A DNA stretch of 64,000 nt from Epiperipatus broadwayi. Taxonomy: Eukaryota; Animalia; Onychophora. Positions 12,049-26,148 of this stretch are shown piece after piece. The stretch is taken from positions 17,856,001-17,920,000 of the forward strand of contig JAQFVV010000009.1 in the NCBI GenBank assembly GCA_028023455.1. Direction: 5' to 3'. The position numbers and the translations under genes were made by a program. The notes beneath the pieces are model-generated. The model was not told where the DNA came from. It ran no database searches and saw nothing but the letters and a program-made list of their open reading frames with translations. The first letter of the stretch is position 1; each line of letters opens with the position of its first letter.

Positions 12049-14484
12049 TGTATATTGACCATTTGAAGATGCCATCAAGCTTTTAACAGCCTGGAAAATT
12101 TATTTTCATGATGCGATACATATTAATAGTTTAATGGATTATCTAGAGAGGAAAATTTATACAGCATGGGTAGATCGAAGGTAGAGTTAGAGTTCTTTAT
12201 TCCAGAAAACAAGTGGAAGGCAGATAGAATCAACAAACACCAGGCAAACACTATAGATAATATGTTTATTAAAACAAAATGCAAATTCAAACACCAAATA
12301 GATATATAAAAAAATTACAATAAAAAAATATATCATTACATATATAATCATGTATTCAAATATAATTATCCCTGAGACATGTCCTTCCTTTGCACAAGTG
12401 AAGGAATTTATTATTTTCAAATATCATTCTTTCAGCATAATTTAAGATTCTCAAATGAAGAAAATAATAAAACAATTTTCTTAAATGTAATTTGATGTAC
12501 ACATTAAAGAACTTTCACTCTTTTTTTCTATTTTTGCTGATGCTAATAAAATCTTAAGCTTATATAAAATGGATATTTTGTGTGATCGTGCCCCAGCCAC
12601 CAGAAATGAAAAGTAATGAATACTAAAACTCTAAATAATCTGCACTACACATGGATCATTAATACAACACAGGAATCTGTTCCAAAGCCCCTTGTATGTA
12701 AGAGAAAACACAATTCATAGTGTTAAATAAATATATATCAAGTGGACTTACATATGGGCCATCCTTATGCCCACAACACCCATAGTGAAACACTTCTTAT
12801 ATGTGTGAATACTATGATACTAGTATAAGCCTAAGTAACTTCTCTCACTTTCTGTTGTATGCACATATATATGAAATTCTGAATTACAACTTGAAAACTT
12901 AATTAATTATAATCATGCTGAAAGAAAATAGTTTATTGACTTTATCTCTTTTTTTTATTTAGCCAAAATTTGTTGGCTACAAAACTGGTGATCTTTAATA
13001 CTATGGGGAGGGGTGGTGGTGATCTATTTTTTTTTTAAAAAAAATAAGATTAAAGATCTAAAACAAAATTTAGGTATTATAACCTGTGTGTTTTCTCAAT
13101 CATGCAAATTTAAAAAAGGCATATCTCTTTTATATTTAATTATCACCAATTCTCATATAAATAAATAAAAAAAACAATTCCATATTTAATAGAATGATTA
13201 ATTATATCTTAATCTAAAACCAGCTACATAAAATTAATTTATTTCTAACATTTGTAATATTATATAGCATTCAGTAATAAAAAATAATATCATTTATGGC
13301 TTACCGAATTAGGATAAAAGTTCACCTTTATTTACTGTAAGTAATGGTGAATAGCAAACATTTTCTTTTTATATAAATTCTAAATGAACATGTAAATCTT
13401 TTGGTTAATTCATCAGGGTTCTTATTGGGATCCATTGAGATTTGTTCTTGGCAGAATTTAATATCTAATCAGTGCAGACGGTTAGTTCATTAAGGAGTTG
13501 GATTCGTGTGAGTGCTGAGAGTATTTCACGAAGGGAGAAATTTGCTATTAAAAGCTTAGCAGTGCATATCAGCTATTAAGACTGCTGTGGTCCATTTCTG
13601 TTACATTCTTTCTTAATTTAGTTATAGCGTTTGGAGTAACATGACAGCAAAGTTCAAAATTGCCTTTACAAAATGAAAACAGATTGGTATATATTTGTTC
13701 TCTTCCTCTTTTGATGTTCAGAAGTCTCTTTTTTATAATAAAACTCCTGAAGCTTTTATAGGGCTTCTCTTATTATTTCTTTTAAACTTCTAGAATCTTC
13801 TCAGTAACAATTTCTCAAAATAACTTTCAGATAAGCCAAAATTTTTTTACTACAATTATTGAATTCTGATCTAAGTAATTTACATTAACAAATTCCTTTA
13901 TAAGACAATGCCAAATACAAGTGAAATGCATATTTCTCAAATTCATGATCTTTAAATAGATTTAATATCAATTTACCAGATTACGCAGTGTCCCTTTGGA
14001 ATTTTATAAAATTTTATATCAAACTATAAGAAAAATGATTACAAAATGCATTTCATTATTATTTGAGACTACATCTATTAAATCTTTGTAATAATTAAAA
14101 GTTTAACATTAAACAATTTTGAGATCTATTCATACATCTCAATATTAATCATATTTCTTCTCCACTTTAAGGTTATCTGGTATGAAGGCTCAAGTTTACA
14201 ATAGATGATACTAGAGAAAAGAGAAACATATTATTATTTTTCCAGTAAATAATAGTCAGTAAAAGGGCAAATAGACCAAAATGGGTTCAGGCAGAAAAAT
14301 TTTGCATTGACAATGTAACTCATGATAGCAGTTACATTTACCAAAATATAACATTACCAATATTATAGTTTCAAATTAATATTTGATTCACATTGTTTTC
14401 ATTATTTTTTAAATTAACTTATCATTGATCATGCCAACTCACTAACTATACACTTTTTTTTACGTTTTAACTTAATAAAGTATT

Positions 14485-14641
14485 AAGCAAATAAACATCA
14501 CATGATCACCATTTCTTATGCTTGCTCATAACTTATTAAAACAGGCAAAACTCTCTATGTATTGCCACTCAACCTATCCATTGATTACTCTGGCTTGCAC
14601 TGAGTGGCAATACGTATAGAGAGTTTTGCTTGTTTTAGTAA
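14485..14641. repeat. Unclassified interspersed repeat family, here as a head-to-head foldback
   Basis: Shares taaacatcacatgatcac..ttcttatgcttgc and aaaacaggcaaaactctctat(ac)gtattgccactca with 22605-22710, 22983-23162 and 54701-54730. Arms 14533-14571 and 14601-14641 are inverted. Confidence 0.85.
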
Positions 14642-15723
14642 GCAAATAATTGAGAAAAATTTAATTGGATATTCTGAAATATAAATGCTTTCTGTTTTTT
14701 TTTTTTTATTGTTAAATTCCAATCAGACACACATTGAAGTGAATAATGAATTTAGTAGGTAACAAGATTTGATGCATATTATAATTAAAATATTGTTTTC
14801 TCTTCTAAGACCTTTTTTTCTAGTCAACTTCCTGAATTTCTCTTCAATTTAAGGCAATGGTGAAATGCCAATGATTATGGACAATTGTCTTTTACTTGAA
14901 AATAATGTCTTTGTCGCCAGACCTCTTTAAAGCTATAATTATTTGATGATGAGCAAATGTTTTTGATCTGAAAACTAAAATAGGGGGCACAATTGCATTC
15001 TGTGATTTAAAATATCATTTTTGTATTAAATAAGTTTGAGAACTATTAGAAAACTGCAGTTTAACTACTTGTGAATCTTCTAAGCTAGATATATTTGTCA
15101 CAATTAGTCACTCTGGCAAGCCTTAGGGCTATCAAAGAATAAGCATGAACAGATACTTTTTAACATTAGTTTACTATGATGTAAAGAAGATATTACACTT
15201 TATAATATTTCATGACAACATGATAGTTAATCTTCTTGAAAAATATGTTAAACATGGATGAGAATAAAGTAAAGCTGAAGAAGAAAGATGAAATTGTGTA
15301 AGACCTTATATGTATTATTAATTCATTTCTATAGAATATGATTTAATGGCCAATGGTTAGTAATGCTATCAATTAAGTAATATTTTAATCATGTATTGTA
15401 ATATTTTGATTAATTTTGAAAAAAAAAAAAAATTAACCCAGGAAGAAGGAAGTGATAATATTAAACAGGAAAAAAAAATTGTCTTATCATTTTGCTCAAA
15501 AATTTGTTTGAAAATTATTATTATTACTTTTTTTAATATAGTATTAAATCTTATTTTTAAAAAGTACATGGATTATTAATGCTGTTTGTTTGTTGAAGAA
15601 AAAGTATATGCTGTGTATATTTGTTAAAACTATTTTTAATTAGGATTTCTTCCTGTTTTATGTTTAAATCTTGTTAACAGGATAATTCATTCCATATTTA
15701 TTAAATGAGCTTTTTTTTTTCAG

Positions 15724-15790
15724 TCCCGAAGACAGGCAAATTTTCAGGCTTTAGCAGAGTTACAGAAGAGGGCAAATTTCCAACATCCTG
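15724..15790 (+). CDS. Candidate isolated 67 nt internal coding exon (SRRQANFQALAELQKRANFQHP)
   Basis: Long poly-T tract + CAG acceptor and G|GTATGT donor. GC-richer than flanks. Open in two frames. Protein not recognised. Confidence 0.55.
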
Positions 15791-17464
15791 GTATGTGTTT
15801 TTTTTTTTTTAAGTATTATTATAATATATACATTTATTCATGATTTCTTTTTTAAAATATATATATTGGAAATTAGCGTAACAGCAATATTATCTAGTTC
15901 ATGAAATGACTTTTATAATATTGAGGTCCTTGTTAAAGAGTTGTATGAAATATTAATATTTCTATTAGAAATTTTATTATAGTGACATGAATTTGGAGCA
16001 TAAAATGTTAAATGTATTAAAAATATTGATAATTTCAGTATAAGATATTTAAGCCAGATTTATAAGAAGAAAAAAAAAGGAATTGTTTTTGTGAGAAGTT
16101 TAAAGAATTATGTCAATTCATATATAGTTTCTTGTGGAATGTAGATTTATTGATTCTTTCCAATCAATCTTAGACTTATAGTTTTTTATTCTTATGTTGC
16201 TTTAATATGTAGTGTTTTAGTAGTCATATATATTGTTTATGATTTGATTTCTTATTGAGCCACATTTGCAATGGATTTTTCTTTTATATTTTGTAATATA
16301 CATTTATATAAAAAATCTTACAATATAGTGATTGATACTTCTGTCTCTCATGTTCATGATGATTATTAACCAATAATCAAGTGGCTGTTTGGATTGGGTT
16401 TAGGCTGTCCATCTGAAACAAAATTTTTAGGTTTGTTTGTGAGCTGAAAAATGTTATAATTTACCGGACTCAGATTCAAATGTCTTATAAATGCATGTGA
16501 TACAACATCTTTCTTTCATCAATAGTGCATGAATTTAATAAAAAAATTTCCCAAAAGTGTTACCAAAAATTGAATCATAATTCAAATGGTAATTAAATAT
16601 ATAAAGAGATAAGTTAGTGAATATATGAAATCAGCTAATATATATTCAAATATTGACTAATATAATTCCAGTTATTTTTAGGCTTATTCTTACAGTGAGA
16701 TTACCAGCAAATATTTTTACAAATGGAGAGAGCAGTAATATGGAAAAATAACAAGCCATAAACATAGGCATGGAAATTCAAATGCTTAATATCTCTAGTC
16801 ATCAACAAGGTTGGTTGTTGCAATATAGTGGAGTTGAGATGAAAGATGCAAACAAACTTGGAAAATATTTAATAATATTGTATATTTAAAAATATTTGAT
16901 AATATTGTATATTTTATCTTATTTTTAATATTTTTATTAAATAAGTCATGTTGATAAAATGTCTGATTTTTTCTCATTTCAAGTCCTCTCAGTATTTCAG
17001 ATTATATATATTATATTTATTAAAAGCAACTTGTTGTATTTTTTTAATATATTATTATTTTTTCCGCCAGACATTTTTTCAACTGCAAATCAATAATATA
17101 AAATTACAATAGAGTAATGGTCATATTTGCTGTTAAGCTCATACTAGGAAAATTAGACCTGATTTAAAATATAATGGCTCACTTGTAAAAGATATAGCAG
17201 ATGGGAATAATATGATAAAGAAAAATCAAGTGAATAAAAAACATAAAAGTATTCAGAAATTGAAATTGCATGCCTCATCTCAGTCATCCTGTTATTGATA
17301 TAAGTTTGTTCTATTTGTACTGAATTTTTTTCACTCCTTCTCACTCTGAATATTTTATTATTACTTTATATTATGTCTAAACTCTTTTGTATTCACAATC
17401 TTTTATTTTTTTTTTTTGTTTACAATAAGTAAAACCTTTTGACATTTCTATTAGAATTGTAAGC

Positions 17465-17559
17465 TTAATTAAGTAATTAATTTAGAGGAATGCTAGACAA
17501 ATCTGTTATGAATTAATTAAGTAATTAATTTAAAGGAATGCGAGACAAATCTGTTATGA
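17465..17559. repeat. Two-copy 48 bp tandem repeat
   Basis: ttaattaagtaattaatttagaggaatgctagacaaatctgttatga repeated with 2 substitutions. Confidence 0.9.
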
Positions 17560-18199
17560 TTTCATTAGTTATTATTAAATATACATGATATGTACAAAAT
17601 GCTTATTAAAGCTTATTATGATGCAACTTTAAATATTGAGCTGTTGGAAAGAATTGTGTTGTAGAAAAGATAAGTTGCAGTGATTTACCGTAGATGTTGT
17701 CCAACTATTCTACTTGCCTTCGAGCTTTTTCTCAACAAAAAAAAATAATCGGAAGTCAAATTATAGTTAATAATTAAAACCAATACTATTGAATTGTAGA
17801 ATATTTTAAGCAAAAAAAATATACAATCATAAGTAACATATTTATAGCTTATTCTACATTTAATGCATATTCTCTGATATGTACTCATATTCATATCATA
17901 AATATACAATGAACTGGTATGAATGCAAGAGTTAAATTCATTCAGTTAATGTCACATATCTGGTATTTAAAAGAATGAGGATAGGTGGTTCCAAACCATA
18001 AACTATAGTAATTCTAATTTAGATAAAAATGTGATAAATATTGGGGATTTTTTTGCAATTTTGCAATTGATACGATGTGATGTAAAATCGTTTCTTACAT
18101 GAAACCAGAAATATCTCTGCATAGACTATATGCCAAGGAACAGTTAACCAAATTAAATATTTTTTCTCTCCAAAATTCTTATATACCACAATAAATTCA

Positions 18200-20140
18200 A
18201 CTACTTCTTACTTTTTATTATCCAATTATTTTTCCAATCTTTGTTGTTTCTTTTTTTACTCTCCTATTGCATTACAATAAAAATTGTTTTATTAGTTAAT
18301 TATATTCCTCAAGTTTATTATAAAGACTTAAAAAAGTCATAGAATCTGTATTATTTTTAAAGTCTTCCACTAGTCATACAATTTAGATTTTCTTTCAACT
18401 TCCATCTTTCAAAAATTGCTTTTGCATCAAACAACTAAACCACCTACAGTATTATTCTACATCTTTTTATGCTTTATATAACTTTTATTGTTTTAATTTA
18501 TATTAATTTTTCATAATTCTACTTTATTTTCTGTAACCAACTTATCTTGTTTCTTATTTTTTTATACTTTTATATAATTTTTATTCTTATATAACTTCTA
18601 TTTGTTTTGATTCATATTCATTCTTTGTAATACTTCTTTTTCTGTAACCAACTTATCTATCTTGTTATGTAGATGTATTAGATTTTGTACACATTTGTCC
18701 TATTTCTTACATAAATATATGGAAATAAATTGTCAATTTCTTGACTTGTATATTGTAAAATCTTTCTTATCAAATATGTTTGCTATCTTCTCCACATAAT
18801 CAAATTTAAATACTATTTTTATTAATCTATTTTCTTTCATATCTCTTTTCAGTAAAAAAAGTCCATTTTATTTTACCTTGAATAGTCTTATTTGCTATTT
18901 ATAATTCACCATTCTATGCATATCTACAAACTTCTTATTGTATTCTATCTAAATATTTTTGATGTCCGTGGCAAATACAAAGTGCATCATTTCTAAATAT
19001 TAAAATAGGCATCATCACTTCTTTCCAAATCATTCTACATATCTCATATGAGAAACATGCCTGTTCTTTTCAACTCTAATTTCCAATTATCTGTATAATT
19101 TCTTTTCCGTTTAACAAAACATCTTCCATTTTTCACCCTTCAATTTTGTTCTTTCCATTTAATACTAGGATCTTAGATTTTTCTTCACTAAATTTAATTT
19201 TCATTTTTCTTCTTGCTTTTCCACATTTCTCTAATAACAACTCCATATCTTCTATATAGTTTAACAAAAAATGTCATGACATCCAGAGTCACTATATTAT
19301 GAATTTTCCTGGTTCCAATTCTAGCAATCCCCACCTCTATCCTTAATCTTTCAATCTTAACCTCCAATTCTCTTAGAAAAAAAAAAAAATTATAAAAATG
19401 ATAATAAGCATTTCCTGTTTCAAACAAATTTTATATTTGACTCCCACTGATTCTGTATTTCCTATTTGGTACTTATAAAAATTACCTTAGCAAAGTTCTT
19501 AGTAGCTCTCATGCACTATTTTTATCCACCCTGTCATAAGTTTTTTGTATCTACAAATGTAGTAATTAATCATTATTTTTTTTATGAGACATTTCAATTA
19601 ACTAAGATACAATGAATAAATTATCCTTTATCTTTCATCTTAAATGAAATTCTTTTTGAACCCCTATCCCCAATTCAATTTTACTTTATTCTATGTAAGT
19701 TCTAACCCTATCCATTATTGCTGCTGAACTATAGCTAGTTAACAATCTAAAATATTTTCCCTTTATATAATAATTTAATTCTCTGAGTTTTTATCAGTTA
19801 TAATTTTATTAAAACTTATTCTTAACCCAAACTTTGCTTATCTTCCCATATTTACTACTCTACTATCTAGTTCTCATGCTTTTTCTTTTTTTAAAACTGT
19901 CTATTGCTCTATTCACTCTACATTCATCACTCTTTAATTAATCATATTCATTTAACTTTCCTTCTAAAAGTTTTTCTACAAATTCATTAAATATTTTTCA
20001 AGTTCTTTCCTATTTTTACACTTAATTTTCTCTGTATTTAATATTATAACATTCATTCTTTTTTTTTTTTTTAATTCTTATTTCTCCAACATTTTTCATA
20101 ATCCTGTTTTCTCACTTTGTTAATTTCCTCTATTAACTTT
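18200..20140 (-). mobile_element. Heavily decayed non-LTR retrotransposon RT region
   Basis: Minus-strand motifs in RT order: RAIDSFKKRKA, KDNLFIVS*LIEMS (19586-19628), TFVDTK..YDRVD across a frameshift (19521-19560), decayed YADD region (ORF 19194-19427), KFSEEKSKIL, WKEVMMPILIF..LDRIQ. Boundaries approximate. Confidence 0.7.
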
Positions 20141-22604
20141 TTATTAAAAAGAGGAATTATCTATTATCTGAGGCATTAGAAGATTTAAAATGGCAGTCTA
20201 GGCATATCTTTGTCTTCAACATAAAATATTAATACATCATATTTTGAATGCTTTAAAATGGATGATTTCCAACTGATCCTTAAAAGCATTATTATTGGAA
20301 ATATAGAAAGTAATTTATCAACTATTTTATTTAAGCCTAGGAAAAATATTAATAAAAGTAGATATATTTGAGGACTAGAAAAATACATGTTAGCTCTAGA
20401 TGAAAAATAAAGCATGGTCAGATATAATACCATAAAGAAAATTGTCATTAGTAGTGCATATGTTGTTATCAGTAAATTATTAATGATAACTTTATTTTAC
20501 ATTATAAGTGGCTATCTTAAAATTTCCTGTTTTAAATTATCATTATACATGATGCACTTAAAATAGTCTGAAAAGTGAATATAATACACACTTGATAATA
20601 ACATAGCCACATTATAAGATATTTGATCCTGCCAAATAAGTATTTATAAAATCAAAGTAAAAAAAAAAAGAACCAATTTTCTATAACAGATTCCCAATAT
20701 TTACAAGAATCTTTTCCTCAGATTTAAATATAATTAATTGTGTTTTGTTTGTATTTTCTTTATTAAAAGTTTATTTAAAGATTATCATTATGATTAATTA
20801 TAGAATTTAAACAAATGTATTATTTAATTAAAACATTGCTTTAGCATTTATTTTAAATTAGAATCTAACTTCAGGCTCCATTGATAGATTAGTTAGACTT
20901 TTAAGAAAGTGTTGTACCTTCGTTTTGAGAGGAAGGTCAATATAGTAAATGAAGTGTGTAGAAAGATGGGGGAGATGTATGTATTTAAAGAGATAGGAAG
21001 TTTTCTCTCTTATTTATTATTATGTTTTAAATAATCCTTGTTAAAAAAATGTCAGATTTGATTATTGAAAGATTATTTTTATTGTAGAACATGTAGGTAA
21101 GTAGGTAGGGTATTATCAATATGATTTAATTTTGATTTGATAGAGCAAGTTCAACATGTTGAAGATTTTATTATATGAATTAGGATAAAATCCTCTTTAA
21201 ATTTACTTGCTTGAGTTTAGTATCAAAATAATTATACTCTGTTCTTTTCATCACTATGTTAAGTCAAATCTTATATTGTCATTCATGTATTGCAACAATA
21301 TAGGTACTGTATTTGCATTTTCCTTATTTTTGTAAATAAGAATAATAGTATAATTTACACCATGTCCATTACCTTTATATAATTATTTTGACACACCCCA
21401 TCCCATTATCTTTAAAGATTTCCATTTGGTTCATTATGTATCACTTTCTCAAGGACCTTATCATCTTTTCATGCTTTTGGAAATGATAGACTGCTAGCTT
21501 ATTATCAACATTGCCTTATTATATAGTACTAACTAATATAGTATTATGATTAAGTAATAAAGTTTGATTATTACCATGGAGTGCTTACTATTCATTTAAG
21601 AACCCTCTATATAATTGTTGTATATACTGCACATATGTCCAGTATATATATATGTGTTTATTTATCAGCAACGCCACAAATTTAAAATTTATTACTAGTT
21701 ATTAATAATGAAGATGTTTAAAAAAAGAAATACTTTATAAGTACGTGCTATTAAAATGATATTTGTAAATTGAATCGATATATATGTATTTAAAAAATGC
21801 ATTTTCATTCTATCAATTTGTATTAGTCATTTTTTTAATTTAGTTGTTTATTTTAACACTAGATGGTATAACGAACCTTCAACAATCTCGTTTAAAAAAT
21901 TAAAATTGTTTTAAAATTGTTTTATTTTTAGACTACATTATGGTAGATAGCTCTAGAAATTTTCGGTCCATAATTACTAATTATTATTGTTTACATCATC
22001 AAATTCTTTTATAAAATAAAATTCATTATTTTTTGGTTTATTTTTTATTCTGTTTTTCAGCGTAGTAGCGCTTATGTGGGTGTGTTTCTGATGTATTTTG
22101 GGATAATAATGGCTTTTTAAATTATGGTTTTATAGAGAAAAAATAGAATGGGCGCGAAAGAAAGGATGATACTGCAATTTATTAAATTGTTTTCTAAATT
22201 AATAGTTACTTAATTGAAATTCAAAAAAGAAAGCGAATGATATGTTTTTATAATAAGTTCAGCTTTTAATTAATTTATGGCAATAGTGTTGTACTCATGT
22301 ATTCTCTAAGTCTTTCATAGGCACAAAAATAGTTATGTAAGATATGCTTGATCTCTAATCATTTTTACCATTATTTTTATAGAAAATTTCAGAAACGTTA
22401 TAGATATTTTAAGTATCTAGCAAATTATTTTTATGATTGCTTCAGCTACTTCCATACGTATATATTGTTTTTTTGAGGACTTTTAAAGTCTATACTGAAA
22501 ATTTCTTCATGTTTATTTCTCTATTTTTCATGTTTTGTCTTCAAATAACATTTTAAAGTGAATAATTTTATTCATAAGAATTTAATTACAAATAGTACTT
22601 AATG

Positions 22605-23162
22605 AAAACAGGCAAAACTCTATATGTATTGCCACTCAGTGCAATACCAGAAGGCTTGTGCATAAAATCCCCATCTAGTGCCTATTCATCCAATATCCCC
22701 AGACTAGTTTCTGGCTTGTGGCCTTTATCAGTGAAGAGTCTTGGATCTGAGAGCACTGCACCTAGATCTTAGGATCTAATGCAACCCTCCAGCAGCCACC
22801 TTTTATCTCTACTTAACTACAAAACTACGAGTCTTAAATTGAAAACACTATAATATTTTCAATCCAAGCTCATTAGTTATATAGTCATATCAGTCTGAAC
22901 TCAGTTCAGTACTTATACATTTTGGTATCTTTGGTTCTTTAATAACCATAGCTATCACATTCTATTAGGCAGGATTAGTTTTAAGCCAATAAACATCACA
23001 TGATCACAATTTCTTATGCTTGCTTATAACTATTATTAAAACAGGCAAAACTCTCTATACGTATTGCCACTCAGTGCAAGCCAGAATAATCAATGGATAC
23101 CAAAAGGCTTGTGCATAAAATCCCCATCTAGTATCTACTTATCCAATATCCCCAAACTAGTT
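22605..23162 (+). repeat. Two adjacent direct copies (22605-22710, 22983-23162) of the 14.5 kb repeat family
   Basis: aaaacaggcaaaactc..gtattgccactcagtgcaa..aaggcttgtgcataaaatccccatctagt..atccaatatcccca.actagtt in both copies. Confidence 0.88.
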
Positions 23163-23749
23163 AATGAAATAGATCTTCTTCATTTATAATTCACTATAAT
23201 CTACATTTTAGATAATTGCATCATACTTGAATTTTTTTTCCTCCTTTGTATAATTGACTCTTTCAAAAAACTTAAGATAGTTAATTTCATTTTTATTGTG
23301 TCTATTTGATTTTAATATATCAATTTGATAGTTTTTTATTGTCTTCACAACTGTTTTAAATATATCAGTATTCTCTCCTCAACATTTCATAAATTTTATT
23401 TTTAATTAATAGTTTAATTATTTAAGAACTAGAAGAAAAAAAAAACATATAAATAGATTACATTTTGAGATGCATTAATATTCAGCAGTATAACTTTTGA
23501 AGAAGCAAATATTTTTTATTTATTGTAAAAGCACGTAATACAAATATGTTTCTCTGGTATTAAATCATTTTACAAAAGTCTGTTTTTTTTTTAAAAAAAA
23601 AAAAAATCTATAACCAAAGAAGTACTTTATAATAAATTTTATTAATCTTGCACATATTCAAAATATATGTGTATATTATGAATAAAATTAGGAAAAAACT
23701 ACTCTTGATTCTGTTTTGTTAAAATAAACAAATAATTATATTATTTAAT

Positions 23750-24347
23750 CAAGATGAAAATAAAGATTGATTATGATGAGTTAGAAGTTATCAACTACAA
23801 ATGCCTTGGTCAGACTATTACTGTAGATGGAAACATAATGGATGAAATTAATCATAGAATTAAACTTGGAGGGTTTTTGGTAGAAATAACTTAATACTAA
23901 AAGGAAATATGTCTATGTATTTGAAAAGGAAGATTTTTAATAAATGTGTTTTACCAGCTCTTACTATGAATCTTAGACTTGACACTTAATAGACGAGCAA
24001 TACAGAGACATCAGACCACTTAAAGAAGTATGGAGATATGCTTGTTAGGAGTAACAAAAAGAGATCTAAAATGCAATATATGAGTAAAAGAAGAAACAGG
24101 TGTTACTGACCTTGTTGAAAGAATTAAAGACTGGAGTGGAGTTGGACTGGATATATTGCTAGAAGAGATGATAATAGGTGGACAATTGAAATTTTAAACC
24201 GAATGTCAAGAGATGATAAAAGACCTAGAAAGAGACCACATATGAGATGGATAGATTAAATAATAAAGTGAGCAGGGAGATCAGAGAAGATGGATTGAAC
24301 TTGGAGAGTTGTTTTTCTTGCAGGGATTGATAATGGTTGATGATGAT
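23750..24347 (+). mobile_element. 3' fragment of an RTE-clade LINE, same family as 10581-11533
   Basis: atggatgaaattaatcatagaattaaactt, ARRDDNRWTIEILN, KRPRKRPHMRW, ending in a tgatgatga tail. Confidence 0.85.
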
Positions 24348-24892
24348 ATGTAAATTATATGTTTATTGTAAAATTATTGGTTGCATTTTATACTTGAATT
24401 ATATTCTTAAACTAAAAAAAAAAAGGGTTGTGTATTTGTTCTTAAAATATTTAATTATTACTTCTAAAACATGTACTATTTAAATATTCTAACTATAAAT
24501 ATATATAATATATATTTTCTAATTGCTGATAGGAGTAAATTGTTTATTTAAAATTAAGACTAGTATAACTACCTGCTCTTTTGTTATATATTTAAACCAT
24601 TTATAAAAAGTGTTACATAATTTAAATATTTAGTAAAGCAAAATCAATTTTTTATTTGTTTTTTAAAACTTTTTATTATTTTATATTCAAGGATTTATAT
24701 ATATATTTTTAAAAAACGTATCTTTTATATCTTGACATTAACAATTGTTCTAATTTTTTTAATTCACATGGATCAAAATTCATTACTTTTTAAACAAAAA
24801 TGGAGTGTATTATTTTTTTCTCTTATATTAAATATTGTGTGTTTCTTACTCTATGTATTTATGATATATTTAAAACTTTTATCTCACATATA

Positions 24893-25032
24893 TTAAACAC
24901 AAGAATAAAGACATCTGGAAAAAGCTAAATGATGTCCAAGATATATATATATTTCTGATTGAATTAACATTCTTCAGTTGGCCCAGATCTTAGTCTTTCA
25001 TGTTATTCAGATATCTTTATTCATGTGTTTAA
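24893..25032. repeat. Small MITE-like inverted repeat with TTAA at both outer ends
   Basis: ttaaacacaagaataaagacatctg (24893-24917) vs cagatatctttattcatgtgtttaa (25008-25032): 2 mismatches, 90 bp spacer. Confidence 0.6.
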
Positions 25033-26050
25033 AGTATATTATAAGTGGTAAATATAAGTTTAAATATAAGATATTGCAAATGAAGGGGGGGGGGGAGAGA
25101 GAATGAAATTGGATTATTGATGCTAGGTCACTGTTTAATAAGGATAGATATATTAATTTTTAATTAAGTTTATGTATCTGGGTTACAAATGATACACTAA
25201 TCTCTGGTCTAATAAAAGATTATTAATAATCATTAATGTATTTATCTCAAGAATATGTAGCTAAATATATAAGTAATTGTAGATTAAATTGTAATAATTT
25301 TACATCTTTATATTGAGATTTTTTTGCCATAAAGCCTTGTTATATTTTAAGATTTATTGGTATTATATTTATGTATTTTGTAGCATATATTTGTACCATT
25401 ACATAATTAGCCACGATTAGCAATTAATTTATTGTCTGCATAGTTAAAATTTCAAAGTCAATTTTTAAATTAAGAAAGTGAATGAAATTTCATCATGCCT
25501 TTAGATTACAAATGCAATATTATATTCTCAAATTGCTATTTGGATATCATTTGAGCTCTGAAGTAATTAACTATATGATAATATTTATTTTCTCTTATTA
25601 CATATTCAGAAATTGAAGAAGCCATCATTTGCAAAAACTACAGTTTCCATAGCTTTGAGCAGAAGTGTCAATCTTTTGTCATCTGTGGATCATAATTGGA
25701 AGAAGAGTTAGTTGCCTTGGATTCCACATTAAGTACACAAACACTTCTGAAAGTTAATGCATTTTAAAAAAAGGGCTATATTTTATTTTTGTGATATCCA
25801 CAACCACAGATAAGCAAAAAAGTTCTCACATAGTACTCATATAGAAGCTTGTTCGGAGAGTTTTTTAAAGTCATTGAGCAGATTTTAAGTTTATGATTAC
25901 TAATATAGAAAATATATATTTTTAAATAATAAACATTATTGATCTTTGGCTTTGCCAGTAAAGATAGACTTTCAATTATTTAATACATTTAAGTATAAAA
26001 TTAAAAAAATTAGAAAGGAAAATTTTTCATTAACTTAATTTTATTTTAAT

Positions 26051-26148
26051 CAGGCTTTAACTTGTATTCAATGCGCTTTAAATTGCGCTTTAAAATTCGT
26101 AATAATTATTACAAATTTTAAAGCGCATTGAATACAGGTTAAAGCCTG
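26051..26148. repeat. Spacer-less ~98 bp palindrome
   Basis: caggctttaacttgtattcaatgcgctttaaa...gtaataattattac...tttaaagcgcattgaatacaggttaaagcctg. The left arm has an extra 12 bp duplication. Confidence 0.9.

Noticed and set aside
13400-13700. Possible microexon with GTTAGT donor, or conserved element
   Set aside because: The 26 nt version has an in-frame stop when joined to the 15724 exon, the 8 nt version has a poor acceptor, and conservation cannot be assessed here.
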